A stretch of DNA of 64,000 bases. It comes from Mayamaea pseudoterrestris. Its lineage: Eukaryota. Location of the stretch: contig BROI01000017.1 of NCBI GenBank assembly GCA_027923505.1, positions 496,001 to 560,000 of the forward strand, in the 5' to 3' direction. Numbering within the stretch: position 1 is the first letter of the stretch; every line of letters starts with the position of its first letter. Positions 46,801 to 58,039 of this stretch are shown here, in pieces. A program made the position numbers and the translations under genes. Below the pieces are notes generated by a model. The model was not told the origin of the DNA and did not search any database. It worked only from the letters and a program-made list of their open reading frames with translations.

Positions 46801-49800
46801 GTTGCTACGAACTGCACAGAAGTCGATCATGCTTTGGGATCCTGTCGGGCCGGCAAGAAAGCCACCAAAAGAAGCAGCAGAGCTTTTGCTATCGGTGGAA
46901 AAGTTGTTTGATTTGTCGGCCACTTTCCAGAGCTCCACTCAACCAGACTTTTTGTTAATGACACTTGGCGGGACAGATCGCGGAGCAATTGAGAGAGCAT
47001 ACGATTGGCTTCTGCCAATTATATCGAAAATTCCAACCACCATTAGTCGCTTGCCTTCCAGTGCATCATGTTTCTTGCTTCTACGGGCCTACGGTTCTAA
47101 CGGTCAGACAGAGCTGAAAGTGCTTTCTTCTCCATTACTACATCATGTCATTGCCTGCTTGAGGGGGGCATTTGGAGGCGACGAAGCGGTCAAAGCTTTA
47201 CGCTTACTTTTACAAGACCTGGCTAGCACAGAACCCGAGAAACGGAGATGCGCAAGACGCGTCCTTCAAGCGTCTTTAAAGCGCCACGAGTCTGAGTCGA
47301 ACAACGATCCTGACTCGTGGCTACTTGAAATATTGGAGTTAAAGCACGCCTCCAGTGTCATCCAAGAATCAATCCAGTTAATGGTAAGCAATATAAATCG
47401 CTTTTCCCTGAGTGCGTTTGACGTCGTCTTCTAATCTGGTTTTGAAATTTGTACTCAATCAGGCATCCGCGGCTGCTTTGGAACGAGGGCGAAATTTAAG
47501 ATCCTTGCTGCTGGCATTAGAGCGGTTCGTTGAATTCGCTCAAGCTAATTTGATTGATCCTGTAGTCCGTCTCCCCCAATTAGCGATCGAACTTATGACC
47601 ACCAAGCCCGGTGTGGTCGCGGAGGCGATGGACTCGTTTTCCGAGCTACGCTCGTGGACTTTACGCATGATTATTTTCCAGTTCGACGAGGAAGTTAAGC
47701 GCGGCAAGGCTGCAGAGAACGAACAAGGCCGAGGTCATTTGAAAGTCGCAACAGGTTCTGACACCTGTCTCACACTAAGGACTCTTCAGGGTGTTTCCAT
47801 TTTATTAAGTGTCTGGAAAGAAGAATACAACACAACATTATCTGTCGATCGAGCCATCATCGACAGACTTATCAATGCTCTCTTGGGAAGACCCAGCGAA
47901 CGCTCTGCTGACGTTTCACTTTTACCGACTGCGGAATATAGAATGCCAACTGAAATCGTAAGTTTATTTTGAATGCGAGTAATCGGCTGACTGTCAACTG
48001 TACTAATCCGTATTACGTTCATCAGTGGATCATGCTCGCAAAAGCGCGCAGTGATGTTATCGCCAGGCTAGCAGCGCTCTCTGCGCCCGTAGCTATTCTT
48101 CCGCGGTTAATGCTTTCGTCAGGTCTTTCGAAAGCATCTCTTGCCACCATGATTGATCGCCTTGGCCAACTAGGAGACTCAAGTGACGACAAAGAGGAGA
48201 CATACTTGAAACTACTCGAATCTATAGCGTCAAGTGAACGGGGTATTGGTCAACTCGGAGAAAGAAGAAGCTTGACTTTCAATTTACACAGTCGAATATC
48301 CGCGTATATCAGACTCTTACCTCTCAATGATGGGTTTCTTGTACCATTTTCCACAACGTTTTTGAAATGGCTGGATAATCATTGCGCCACTCGTGTTCCG
48401 ACGCCGAGCAAGGTGAAGCAAAAGAAATTACAAAAAGCTGGTACACAAATCGGACGAAGCGAAGTTTCACAAATACTAGCAAATCTTACCAAGACATCCA
48501 CACCAGAGGATATAGAGTACGAGCTATTTGCCTCAAAAGCGATGCTTGAGCCATCGATCAAATTTAAACTGCCTAACGCGTGGGAGCAATGTGCTAACGA
48601 TCGAGTCAACCTGGACAAGTTAGCTTCCGCTGATGAGCAACTCGAGGAGTTGGTTAAATCATCCGACCGAGAAGCTGCACTAGCTAAGGCGATCCAATTT
48701 ACTCGCTCTTCATGCACCGAAAAGGGAAGCGAGAAAGCTCTTGCACAGAAATGGTTACCTCTGCTTCCAATAGCGACCAATTGCCCCGAACTTTGGGTTG
48801 AACTGTTTCGGTCATCAGACAATGACGAAACGACTGAGTTGCTCGATTTGTTGGCAGAGAAGTGTGCTATCTACTGGGATAAAGGTCAGATCCAGGCTTG
48901 TTTAAAGTGGATTGCTTCTGCCGTAAGTCAACCGAGCAAGAGCTGCTTTGAACGCATGGTAACTTTCGTTGTGGCAAGTGCCGGTTGTGGCGACCTCTAT
49001 CCCACGCCACCACGCTTTTCCGTCCTCGCCTCGAAAACGGCACTAAATGTTGATTACGGCCTTTTCCACGGGCTGGTGAACCTGGCGCTTGGTACTGCTA
49101 TTAAAGCCGACAACTTCAAGTCGAATTGTCCATGGCTAATTCTCCTTCGCTTGTTAGCAAGTTCCAGCCAAAACCGAGAGCAAAATATTTCGAATAACGT
49201 TTTGGAAAGAATACCCACGGCCACTGAATGCCACCAGCGAGTGTTGCACGGTGTTCTGCTTAGCTTGTATGTCTACTGCCCAAACTGGGTAAACGTTGAT
49301 GTCCCATCAACGCAAATGAAGCTAATTAAAGCTGTGAGTATGTATCCCGAGTATACGGAATGGGCGTCTTCAACGACGAGTGGCACATTTAACAACTCGT
49401 TATGCTCACTGGCCAGCGATGGTGGCGTTCGATCCGGTCGAGGATTGCTGGAGCTGGCGCGGAAGTATCCTCTCCTCTTATTAGCGAAGTGTTCCGCCAT
49501 GGTTTATCTGCTGAAGGCCGACGCGTCGGTTCATCCACATCGCGGCACCGTTCGTGATGGACGAGTCCAAGGCGAAGGACTGCAAGACAGTCGCGAAGCT
49601 TTATTTGATAGCCGCACGGTCATAGTAAAGGTCCGACATTGGGGGTACGCCTACACGGAAGTATTATGGCTCGCTCTATTGGATGCTCTGACGACAGTGC
49701 CTTCAAATGTGCTCTTCACTTGCGGAGTATCGGTTGGTCTATTAAACGTTCTTACAACATACGTCCAGCTTCTCAGTGTGCAGCTTCGCTTGCGCACACC

Positions 49801-50008
49801 GGACCGGGCCGCTCGGTTAACGGCAAAGTTATCGGAAGTCTCGCGGACCTTTAGAAGCAGCGCACCGAGCGGCTGGAAGCGATGGTTGAGTGAGGTGGTT
49901 GAGGGTACAGAGATGCGGCACATGCTCATGGGTTTGGAACTGATCACGCCACAGGATGCCATTGAAAGCATACAGTCAACACAAGATGATGAAGCTTTAC
50001 AAGAATAG
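43867..50008 (+). CDS. INTS1: Integrator complex subunit 1-like protein; about 6 exons
   Basis: WPAPLVKAYCDDCFAGRKWVD, VRRLAAKNLERWLQSP, W.ENPTLR, WDPVGPARKPP, QPDFLL and KYPLLLL match INTS1 blocks as I recall them. Consecutive long ORFs are separated by short GT-AG introns (about 44031, 45145, 45337, 47384, 47958). Confidence 0.8.
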
Positions 50009-50354
50009 AAATGATACCTTACCTGACTGCATATAGTTCTTTTTCTACTTTAACTTCCATCTTACCAAAAGTCATCCTCAATAACTACGCCGGCCGCGTG
50101 GAACGCTGCTCTTGGCCAAGCATGGGAATATGCGTCCGTCAACAACCTTGTGCCGAGTAATGACGCCATGTTCTTGGATCACCTTTTACTGTTGGTGACA
50201 TTTTTGTATACTCGCTCACATCCAAGGCATCGGTGGCGGACGTAATCATAATGGAAACAGAAGTACGCAAGCTCGCAATGTTTCCCGCCATCGCGACATG
50301 TATCCTAACTCGAACACAGTGAATAGTTTAAAAACTAAAAATAGCATTCGCATA

Positions 50355-51035
50355 TTACTCTAATTGCGAAGTGAAGCTCAATTGAGACTGTCTGCAGTTT
50401 GGACAGGAACCTTGTTGACTGTCCTTGACACAGGGAATCGGGATTATATCACCCTTCACAATAAACTCGCGGACATCAAGTTTAAACATTGTATCTAGCT
50501 CCACAGGAATAGCCAGACGAAAGGTTGCTTCCTGCCCTGGTGCCTCTGCGACGGTAATCTCCATTGTATGCAAACCCCGCTGCACAAGATAGGCTGCGTC
50601 AAGTCCGTTCAAAATCTCTGCATACAGATAGATTGCCAGCTCTTCCGTGGTTGCATGAACAATTGGAAGCAAAGCGCAGTCGCCTTTTGGAAACTGGAAT
50701 TGTGATCCGTCTTCGCATTGAATCTTGACGCTATCATTGTCCACTGCGATTGTCAAAACATCGGAATGCATCGGACAGAGAAAGTGTTCATTAAGCTGCT
50801 TGCAAATCTTTTTGCATACATCCTTGATGCATCCGAAATCAATCACATATCCATCTGCTCCAATCTTGCGGTCGCCAAACAATCGAACGCCAACGCGATA
50901 GTTGTGTCCATGCAGCCTTTCCCGATATCCTTTGAATGCCACAAAGTGAGCGGCGTTGAACTTGAAGGTATCCTTGGAAACGTAGACTTCAAAGGCTGCT
51001 GATTCGTGTTTCGTGTTGCTCGTCAATTGAGACAT
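50355..51035 (-). CDS. 6-pyruvoyltetrahydropterin synthase family protein, PTPS-III (ExxHGH) type
   Basis: FNAAHF, ERLHGHNY, GYVIDFG, TTEELA T-fold motifs. Glu instead of Cys before HGH. The 3' end might extend via an intron. Confidence 0.88.
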   Translation of the reverse strand: MSQLTSNTKHESAAFEVYVSKDTFKFNAAHFVAFKGYRERLHGHNYRVGVRLFGDRKIGADGYVIDFGCIKDVCKKICKQLNEHFLCPMHSDVLTIAVDNDSVKIQCEDGSQFQFPKGDCALLPIVHATTEELAIYLYAEILNGLDAAYLVQRGLHTMEITVAEAPGQEATFRLAIPVELDTMFKLDVREFIVKGDIIPIPCVKDSQQGSCPNCRQSQLSFTSQLE

Positions 51036-51305
51036 TATCAGCAGCTTGTTTATAAATCTAACAGCACACAGTACGGTCTTACGCAATACAGTAATTGGAA
51101 ATGAGAGTTAGCGACGAGACTTGGATGTGTCCGAAGCCTTTCATGGCTGCGATCGGCGTCGAATGATTACCGGTACGACTGAAAAGTAACGGTGCGACGC
51201 ATTTTGCTGCACGACCGACTGACTCATGACTCACTGCGGAAGCGAACGAACCATGGACTCCGAGTGGTCGGACACAACCCACAACGACGCAGCCACCTGG
51301 ATGCA

Positions 51306-53207
51306 ATGCAGTCTGCCGACGAACAAAGCGAAGGCCTCGAGGTCACAGCGGAGAAGCCATGCTCACAATTCGGCTCGAAACGACAAGGTGATGCACTTTT
51401 GGAGGAGGAGGACGAACCTACCATGAATCGCAGCATGTCGTCCTTGGAGGATCGCAACGTCGATCCTTCTGCACCAAGCACTTGCAATGTCATTTTATCT
51501 CTCGACATTGGTTCCAGTTCCGTGCGTTGCTCTGCATACCAAGTCCCGGAAGTCGAGTCTTTATATTTTGCTTCGCGAAAGTTGCGAGCCATTCAGCCAC
51601 AGACTGGCAAGGTTCGTGTCGATGCCATTTGCAAAGCAGTCGATGCTTGCGTCGACGAATGCATACAGCAGCTACGAAAATGTTCTACCGATGCTTCAAA
51701 CAATGACAATGATGAACAAGTATCTCAGCCCAATCAATACAAAGTGATTGCTGTTGGCATTAGCTCATTCGCCATGAATCTCATTGGTTTGAACGCGCAG
51801 CACAGTTGCGCATCGGATGACGCGACGCTATCCTACGCTTGCCACACTGACGCCGTCGTGCAGGAAGTGGCGCAGCTGCAAGCAGATTTTGGTGCCGAAT
51901 CATTGGCTGACATGTACCAACGCACGGGCGCTCCCGTTCATGCAGCCTATGCGCTCGCGCAGCTGCGCGTCATGTATGACAACGGAACAGCAGCCACCAC
52001 GACGACAAGTCCTGGAGCCGCAAATCGAAGATCGACGATTACACAGTTTACGACGCTTTCCAGTCTACTCATTTCGCGATGGACCGGGCAAAATCATTTA
52101 CCTATTTCTTATAGTGAAGCTTCTTGGACAGGCTTGATGAATGTTCATACGTGTACATATGATGAAACGGTGTTGAGCTTGCTGCCGGACGAGTGCGTGA
52201 AGGCGCTGCCCCGACTCGTTGATTTTGACAATCTCGACATTCCCGAGGGCCTTTCGAGCGATTCAGCCTACTTTATAAAGTGGCCGGAGCTGCGGGCGAC
52301 GAAGTGGTTTCTCGGCGTGGGCGACGGGGCATGCGCCAACCTTGGAAGCAAGTGTTCCATTCCCGCGCGCATAGCCTGCACGGTCGGAACGTCGGCAGCG
52401 GCGCGTGTGACACTATCGATGCCCAAAATGCCGGAAGAAACATTGAACGACAATGCTACTGCAATGAAAATTCCACAGGGACTTTTTTGTTATCGGATTA
52501 ACCGCGACTACTGCTTGCTAGGAGGCGCATTGACGGACGGCGGGAGCGTCGTTGAGTGGCTCTCGCAGTTGCTCAACTTGCCCAGAGGAAGCCAAGCGTT
52601 TGAGGATTGCATGACGGAAGTGGAGGAACTGGTCAAGGAAGACTTGGAGGCAGTAAGCCTTGCGGGCACCGACAAGAAAACTTCGCTAACGATTCTTCCG
52701 TTTCTGAGCGGTGAACGATCGACGGGGTATCGGAGCAGGGCGACTGGAGCGATGCTGGGACTCACGCGCGAGACCACTCCTGCTCATATGGTCAAGGCTT
52801 GCTTGGAGGGAGTTACACTACGATTGAGTGCGATTGTGACTTTGATACAATCGGCGATTGCATCATCGCAACAATTGAATGATGGCAGCATTCAGCCGCC
52901 GCGCATACTCGCCAGTGGCCAAGCACTTGAAGCCAACAATTTATGGCGGCAAATGATTAGTGACTGCACTGGCTTGTCGGTAATTTTCGACGATGACACT
53001 CAGGAAGCTACGAGCCGCGGCGTCGTCTTTTTGCTTTTGCGTTCCTTGGAGAGCCAACCGGCGACACGAGGTCCAACTGGCTTTCGGCTGGAGGTAGTGC
53101 AGTCCATGCGGGAATGCCGACCGCGGCAGCAAGCGCGAGGATACTGGAAGCGTGCTGCAGCGGCGCAGGATGAGTTTATGAATGCCATCTTTCCGCTCAG
53201 TAATTGA
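51306..53207 (+). CDS. FGGY-family carbohydrate kinase (gluconokinase/xylulokinase-like)
   Basis: LSLDIGSSSVR, SEASWTGL, GDGACANLGS, VGTSAAAR, LPFLSGERSTG, ACLEGV, EATSRG. Confidence 0.9.
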   Translation: MQSADEQSEGLEVTAEKPCSQFGSKRQGDALLEEEDEPTMNRSMSSLEDRNVDPSAPSTCNVILSLDIGSSSVRCSAYQVPEVESLYFASRKLRAIQPQTGKVRVDAICKAVDACVDECIQQLRKCSTDASNNDNDEQVSQPNQYKVIAVGISSFAMNLIGLNAQHSCASDDATLSYACHTDAVVQEVAQLQADFGAESLADMYQRTGAPVHAAYALAQLRVMYDNGTAATTTTSPGAANRRSTITQFTTLSSLLISRWTGQNHLPISYSEASWTGLMNVHTCTYDETVLSLLPDECVKALPRLVDFDNLDIPEGLSSDSAYFIKWPELRATKWFLGVGDGACANLGSKCSIPARIACTVGTSAAARVTLSMPKMPEETLNDNATAMKIPQGLFCYRINRDYCLLGGALTDGGSVVEWLSQLLNLPRGSQAFEDCMTEVEELVKEDLEAVSLAGTDKKTSLTILPFLSGERSTGYRSRATGAMLGLTRETTPAHMVKACLEGVTLRLSAIVTLIQSAIASSQQLNDGSIQPPRILASGQALEANNLWRQMISDCTGLSVIFDDDTQEATSRGVVFLLLRSLESQPATRGPTGFRLEVVQSMRECRPRQQARGYWKRAAAAQDEFMNAIFPLSN

Positions 53208-53464
53208 ATGTGAATTGCTATCAAAACGACCTTATTGCGGTGCAACGCGAAGCTTGATCGAACAACGCACTTTTTGGCAATCTACTAAATAATTATCAAG
53301 TCTTTGTCAATATAGTGCTCTTTATAAGATTTGATCTATTGCTGTAAATATAATCGTAGCGTTGCCAGCGATGACAGGCACTTCATTCCGTATTTCTGTA
53401 CAAGAAGCAAATGCAACTGCGGCTATTGATAAATGCAATTCCAACATTCAATGCTTGCCCAAAA

Positions 53465-54757
53465 TTAGCTAATCAAAGCAGGTTCCAAATGCCCTTCGTC
53501 TGCCGCTCGACGCAACTTATCCAGTGCCGTGTGCACTAGACGTCGCGTGTATTCAGCAGAGACTTGCATTTTCTTCCCAACTTCAACAAAAGACATGGCT
53601 TCGCCTTGCTTTCCTTTGATGGGAATCTCTGGTGCGCGTGTCTGTTGTGGCGGTTTGCCAAAGAGCGCTTCCTCGGCTTCGGCCAGGTAGTCAATGGGCT
53701 CTGCAAGCTTGTGGCTTTCGCTGATCAATCCGTAGCGCCAGCTCAAGGCTTCCATCTCCTTTGGTCTTAGGAACCGCGACAAGGTCTTGGTCAAGTGTTC
53801 GACGTCGTCCGTGGGTGCCCGACTTGCTGCAGCATGCATGGCAGTATCCGTCTGCATATCGCGTCCCTTTTGCATCCACGAGTCGAATGACATGATTCCT
53901 TGACTGCGTCGTCGTCTCACCTTGATGGCTTCTGCCAACTGCCGCTCCGTCAAACCAGCTTCCTCGGCCAATGCCTTGGCAGCTTGCGCCTCTCTCCACC
54001 GATCGGGCGACGATACGGACCATAAAATAGATTCCCCATTAATTTCAATACCCAGAGTCTTGGCTGCCCGCGACATTTTACGCACTGCGGCAGAAACATG
54101 CTCCGGCACTCGCACAACGTCGTCGCGCTCGGCAATGCATCTCAAGACAGCCGCTCGCACCCAATACATGGCGTAAGTGCTAAAGCGACCGCCAATCTCC
54201 ATGTTCCACTTGTCAATCGCTCGCGACAAGCCAATGCATCCTTCCTGCACCAAATCGTCTCGACTCAAGTTCAGTCCTTGTCGACGAGTCTTCATAATGT
54301 CATTGACAGCGTAGTGCACTAGACCAAGATTATTTGTCACTAATTGATCGCGGGCAGCTTGACCAAGGGTTATGGCGTCTTGGTAGGCATAAATGTCGTC
54401 GCCGTACCCGCAGGCTCGTGCCAAGACAAGTTGACTATTTGTTCGACTGGGTGTCTTCAAGGCAACTTCTTGCTGTATTCGTTTAATGGTACGTAATTGA
54501 ACGGCTTGTTTCAGTAGTTCTTGCTGTTCTTCATGTGATAATCGTTCCGTTGGTCGAGTCAAAGAAGGTATTCTGCTGCTGCGGCTAGCTGGCTTGTTAT
54601 AAGCTGATTGAGTTGCGCCGGCATGGAGTGCCGAAGGATCGGATCGACTCCATAGTCGCGACGGAGCAAGAGGCACTGTGAATCCAAAACATGGCGTCGA
54701 AGATATGTAGCATACAGAGACAATGCTCGTCACGGCAATGCATAAGGGACGTTTCAT
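53465..54757 (-). CDS. Nucleus-encoded plastid RNA polymerase sigma-70 factor
   Basis: Bipartite presequence (..PCFG-F). Region 2 LVTNNLGLV, DLVQEGCIGL, RFSTYAMYWVR and VRVP. C-terminal region 4 HTH. Confidence 0.9.
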   Translation of the reverse strand: MKRPLCIAVTSIVSVCYISSTPCFGFTVPLAPSRLWSRSDPSALHAGATQSAYNKPASRSSRIPSLTRPTERLSHEEQQELLKQAVQLRTIKRIQQEVALKTPSRTNSQLVLARACGYGDDIYAYQDAITLGQAARDQLVTNNLGLVHYAVNDIMKTRRQGLNLSRDDLVQEGCIGLSRAIDKWNMEIGGRFSTYAMYWVRAAVLRCIAERDDVVRVPEHVSAAVRKMSRAAKTLGIEINGESILWSVSSPDRWREAQAAKALAEEAGLTERQLAEAIKVRRRRSQGIMSFDSWMQKGRDMQTDTAMHAAASRAPTDDVEHLTKTLSRFLRPKEMEALSWRYGLISESHKLAEPIDYLAEAEEALFGKPPQQTRAPEIPIKGKQGEAMSFVEVGKKMQVSAEYTRRLVHTALDKLRRAADEGHLEPALIS

Positions 54758-55215
54758 AGTAGAGCGCTTGGAAAGTATGGCGGCAAATTTGACGACGATC
54801 TAATATATTATGGCACAGTGAAAGCAACAAGCTGACTATTGCGTCTGCCTCATCACAGACGTGATGGGTGAGCTGTTTCGTGGAGGGATTATTGATCTTG
54901 GACGGTCTCTGACGAGAAAAGCGTTGTCTGCAAGCCACGCTGAATCATCATCGTGATGCGTGTAAAAGTCGACGAGCAACTGTTGTGACTGACGTAGCTG
55001 TCGTACCGGTACTAGCGCGTCACGATGCGACGCGGTTTGCGTTTAGCTACCCAGTCAGCTATCGTCTGCTCAAGCAATCCAGCAAGATTTCTGTGCATAC
55101 ACAAGTACACAACACGTGTCTATAAGATGGCCAACTAATCCAAAACATTGCATCTACGTGGCTATATTAATGAGCCCTTCCATAACTATCGTACGTAGCA
55201 TCGCTCCTCGGTACC

Positions 55216-57666
55216 TCATGTCATCCTCTGTGGCGTTGGATCCAGTAGGCCCTTCTTTGCGTACAACCTACGACACTTTACTAATTCATCATACGTGTAG
55301 TCCTCCTGGTCGCCATCGTCATAGACAATATGCCAAAAAGGCTCGTCCGTAGGATCCGTTGGAATAGGCGGCAAGTACTCGGCAACCGTTCCAAAGTACA
55401 ATAATTTTTCAAAGTACTTGCAAACCCGGGTGTTCAAATAGCTTTCACAGTCGGCCAAAGTTGTTGGCGGCGAAGAGAGATCAGACTTGGCGGCGCTGGC
55501 TGGCATGGACTTGTGCTTTTTGGCTGGGGACTCGGACGATTCAGCCGCAACCACAGTTCCTGCAGCCACGCCAACATTTTCTCTTTTCTGTTGTAAGACT
55601 TGTGGTGTCTCGGCGTTGGATTGCTTTCCAAAAACGGATGCTGCGTGTGCTGCAGGCTCAGCTTTCAATGGGGTTGCGTCATCTCCGTCCATGATCTCGT
55701 CGGCGTCATTACTTTCTTTCTTCTGCAAAGCTTTGATAACATCGCTACATGTTTCTAGTAATGTCGCGCATTCCTTGACGGCTTCCCTTTTACTAGCCCA
55801 CAGTGCAGCATCGTTATCACTACCCTTGATCGCGTAGTAGCTTTGCTTCTCGCCTTTCTCATAGTAAGCAATTAAGGCGTCTGAACAAAAGTGGACAGGT
55901 GAGGATGACTATATATAAAGTCATAGTTTTCCGAACGTGTGAATACTTACGGTAAACTTCGACGATCTGTAAAGCAAAAATGGATAAAGCGTTAGATATT
56001 TTTGGAGTTACGGTCTCACATTCAGACGTTCTCAGTAGACGTCACCTGTAATTCTTCCACTTGGCCGTCATCAAACAAGATAAGCCACCAATCTCCGTCA
56101 GGATTGTTTTTCTCAACGTATTGTAAGCCTACAATGGTTGCTCGGTGGAAAATGTCACCGTCTGCATCTGGCACATCCGGAAACGATCGAGCAATGCGCT
56201 GACCAACAAGTTTGTCGCGAATCCCCGGAAACTTCCATTCGTTACGCTTCCGGCTAATGAGGTTACTAATGGCTACGTGGCATAGGCGCTGCGTGTAGGA
56301 GTGATTATAAAGTGAGGTGGTGAGTTGACGTTGCACGGAATTTCCCTTTCCAGGGCACTACTGTCAAAGCGAGCATCCAAAACCATTTCATCGCCCACAG
56401 CTACTCACATTTGATACATTCATAACTTGAACATCTTTTAGCATGCTGGCTCCTCGTACAGGCGGCTCGATGATACCGCTGTGGTCAGGATTGAGAAGCT
56501 GACTCAGTAACGTAGCATCGCCGCCAGCCACATAGATGCACAAATCCTTGTTGATGTTGGCAATGGCACGCTGCTTTTGCTCGACAGGAACAGGAGCATC
56601 CGCTGCATAAGCATTGTCATCCTTCAAATTCGCTTCCCGCTTGTCGGGCAGTAAATTTTCGTCATCCTGCACGAAATTGTCGTTATTCATATCGCTTCTC
56701 CATCGATGTATAATGCCAACGAGGCAATCGGCAAGCTCATGCAATATTCCGGCGGTAATGCAGTCCTTGGTATTGCTCTTAACGAAGCGTTGCAGCGGCG
56801 GCAAAGGATGATTACTTTTGACTCGTTGTTCGACTGCCTCTTTTAGCTCCTCTGGACTAATCAGTGGCAGCTGCCCCGTCTGCTCATGCAGCGCCACAAA
56901 ACGCATATTGACACCAGGCAAAATGCCTCCTCCCCAGAAGGCTCCCTTTCGATCAAGCGCCGTATACGTGAGCGCCGTGCCCCCATCAATCACCAATGTG
57001 GGAGTTCCATGCAGTTCAGCTGCCGCTCGGGTCGCTGCCATTCGATCCAGTCCAAGCGTATCATAGGCGCCACGCAATATACCATCGCCATCCATAAAGT
57101 CCTTGCGCTGCAAGTCCCAAATACGAGCAGGCAACTTTTGAAACATATATTGGACAGTTTGTACTTGTTGTGGCGTCGTTGTTGACAGTAAATAAACATG
57201 AATAGTGGGTTGTTTTCGCCGAGCCGCCAGGGCAGCGACGCGGAGTGGCGTAAAGGGTTTCTTTTGCTTTTTGAAGTCACTCCCGAATAACCACTCCTCT
57301 ACAATGGTAGGAAGAGACCGGGCGAGCAACTCTGTAGAATCCATTTTCAAATCGTTCTGTGTCATGTAGATTGTTCTTTGAACGAGAGTGAAATGAGAAA
57401 TGTAAAAGGTGAGCGACGCTTGACTGTGAAGCAGCTAGAGGCCAATTTCTCTCTTCTCTTGTCAGTGAGCATGTATGCAACGATTATAACAACAAGTGCG
57501 CAAAATTTTCTTACTTCCATAGCAGAGTTGGCTCAATCACGACGCTTCCTTCCGCCTCGAACATTTCGTGAAACGCCCAGTGCAAATGGGAATTGCCGCA
57601 GACGACGGAAAAGCAAACGTAATCATTGGCGTGCGATATACCAAGCGGCCATTGACTGTCCTGCAT
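55216..57666 (-). CDS. coaX: Type III pantothenate kinase (CoaX-like) fused to two C-terminal Tudor-like domains; 5 exons including a 16-nt micro-exon
   Basis: Exon 1 (57666-57515) has SVVCGNSHLHWA. Exon 2 (from 57375) has LGLDR, VIDGGTALT, GGGILPG and GGDA. Exon 3 has a Tudor-like WWLILFDDGQVEEL. Micro-exon 55966-55951. The last exon (from 55880) has RVCKYF..YFGTV..FWHIVYDDGDQEDY. Junctions are canonical and frame-consistent. Confidence 0.8.
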
Positions 57667-58039
57667 ACTTGTGAATGATGACTAGGAACTGAAACTTCGA
57701 TACAATATCTATCGATGGTGGCTATCTACGATTTTAAAACAGAATCTTGCGCAAGGCGCAAAAAAGCATGCGCTGCATCCACACGGTAACCGCGCCGGCG
57801 CGGCAAGACTCATGTCGCATCGGTATCGCATCAGAACCGGTACGATTTTTCAAACGAAAGTAGTGACGGACGTCGCACTTTCATTTGCACATCATCGCCA
57901 TCATCATGCATCTCCTGCCTCTATCGTCGCAATATTCTTCAATCAATTCTATACTGTCTATACTGACAGAGGAGGCAGAAAATTTGCGTGGACCGTCAAA
58001 GACTTGCTTGTCGTAGCCGCAGCTCCTCGAGCGACAACG

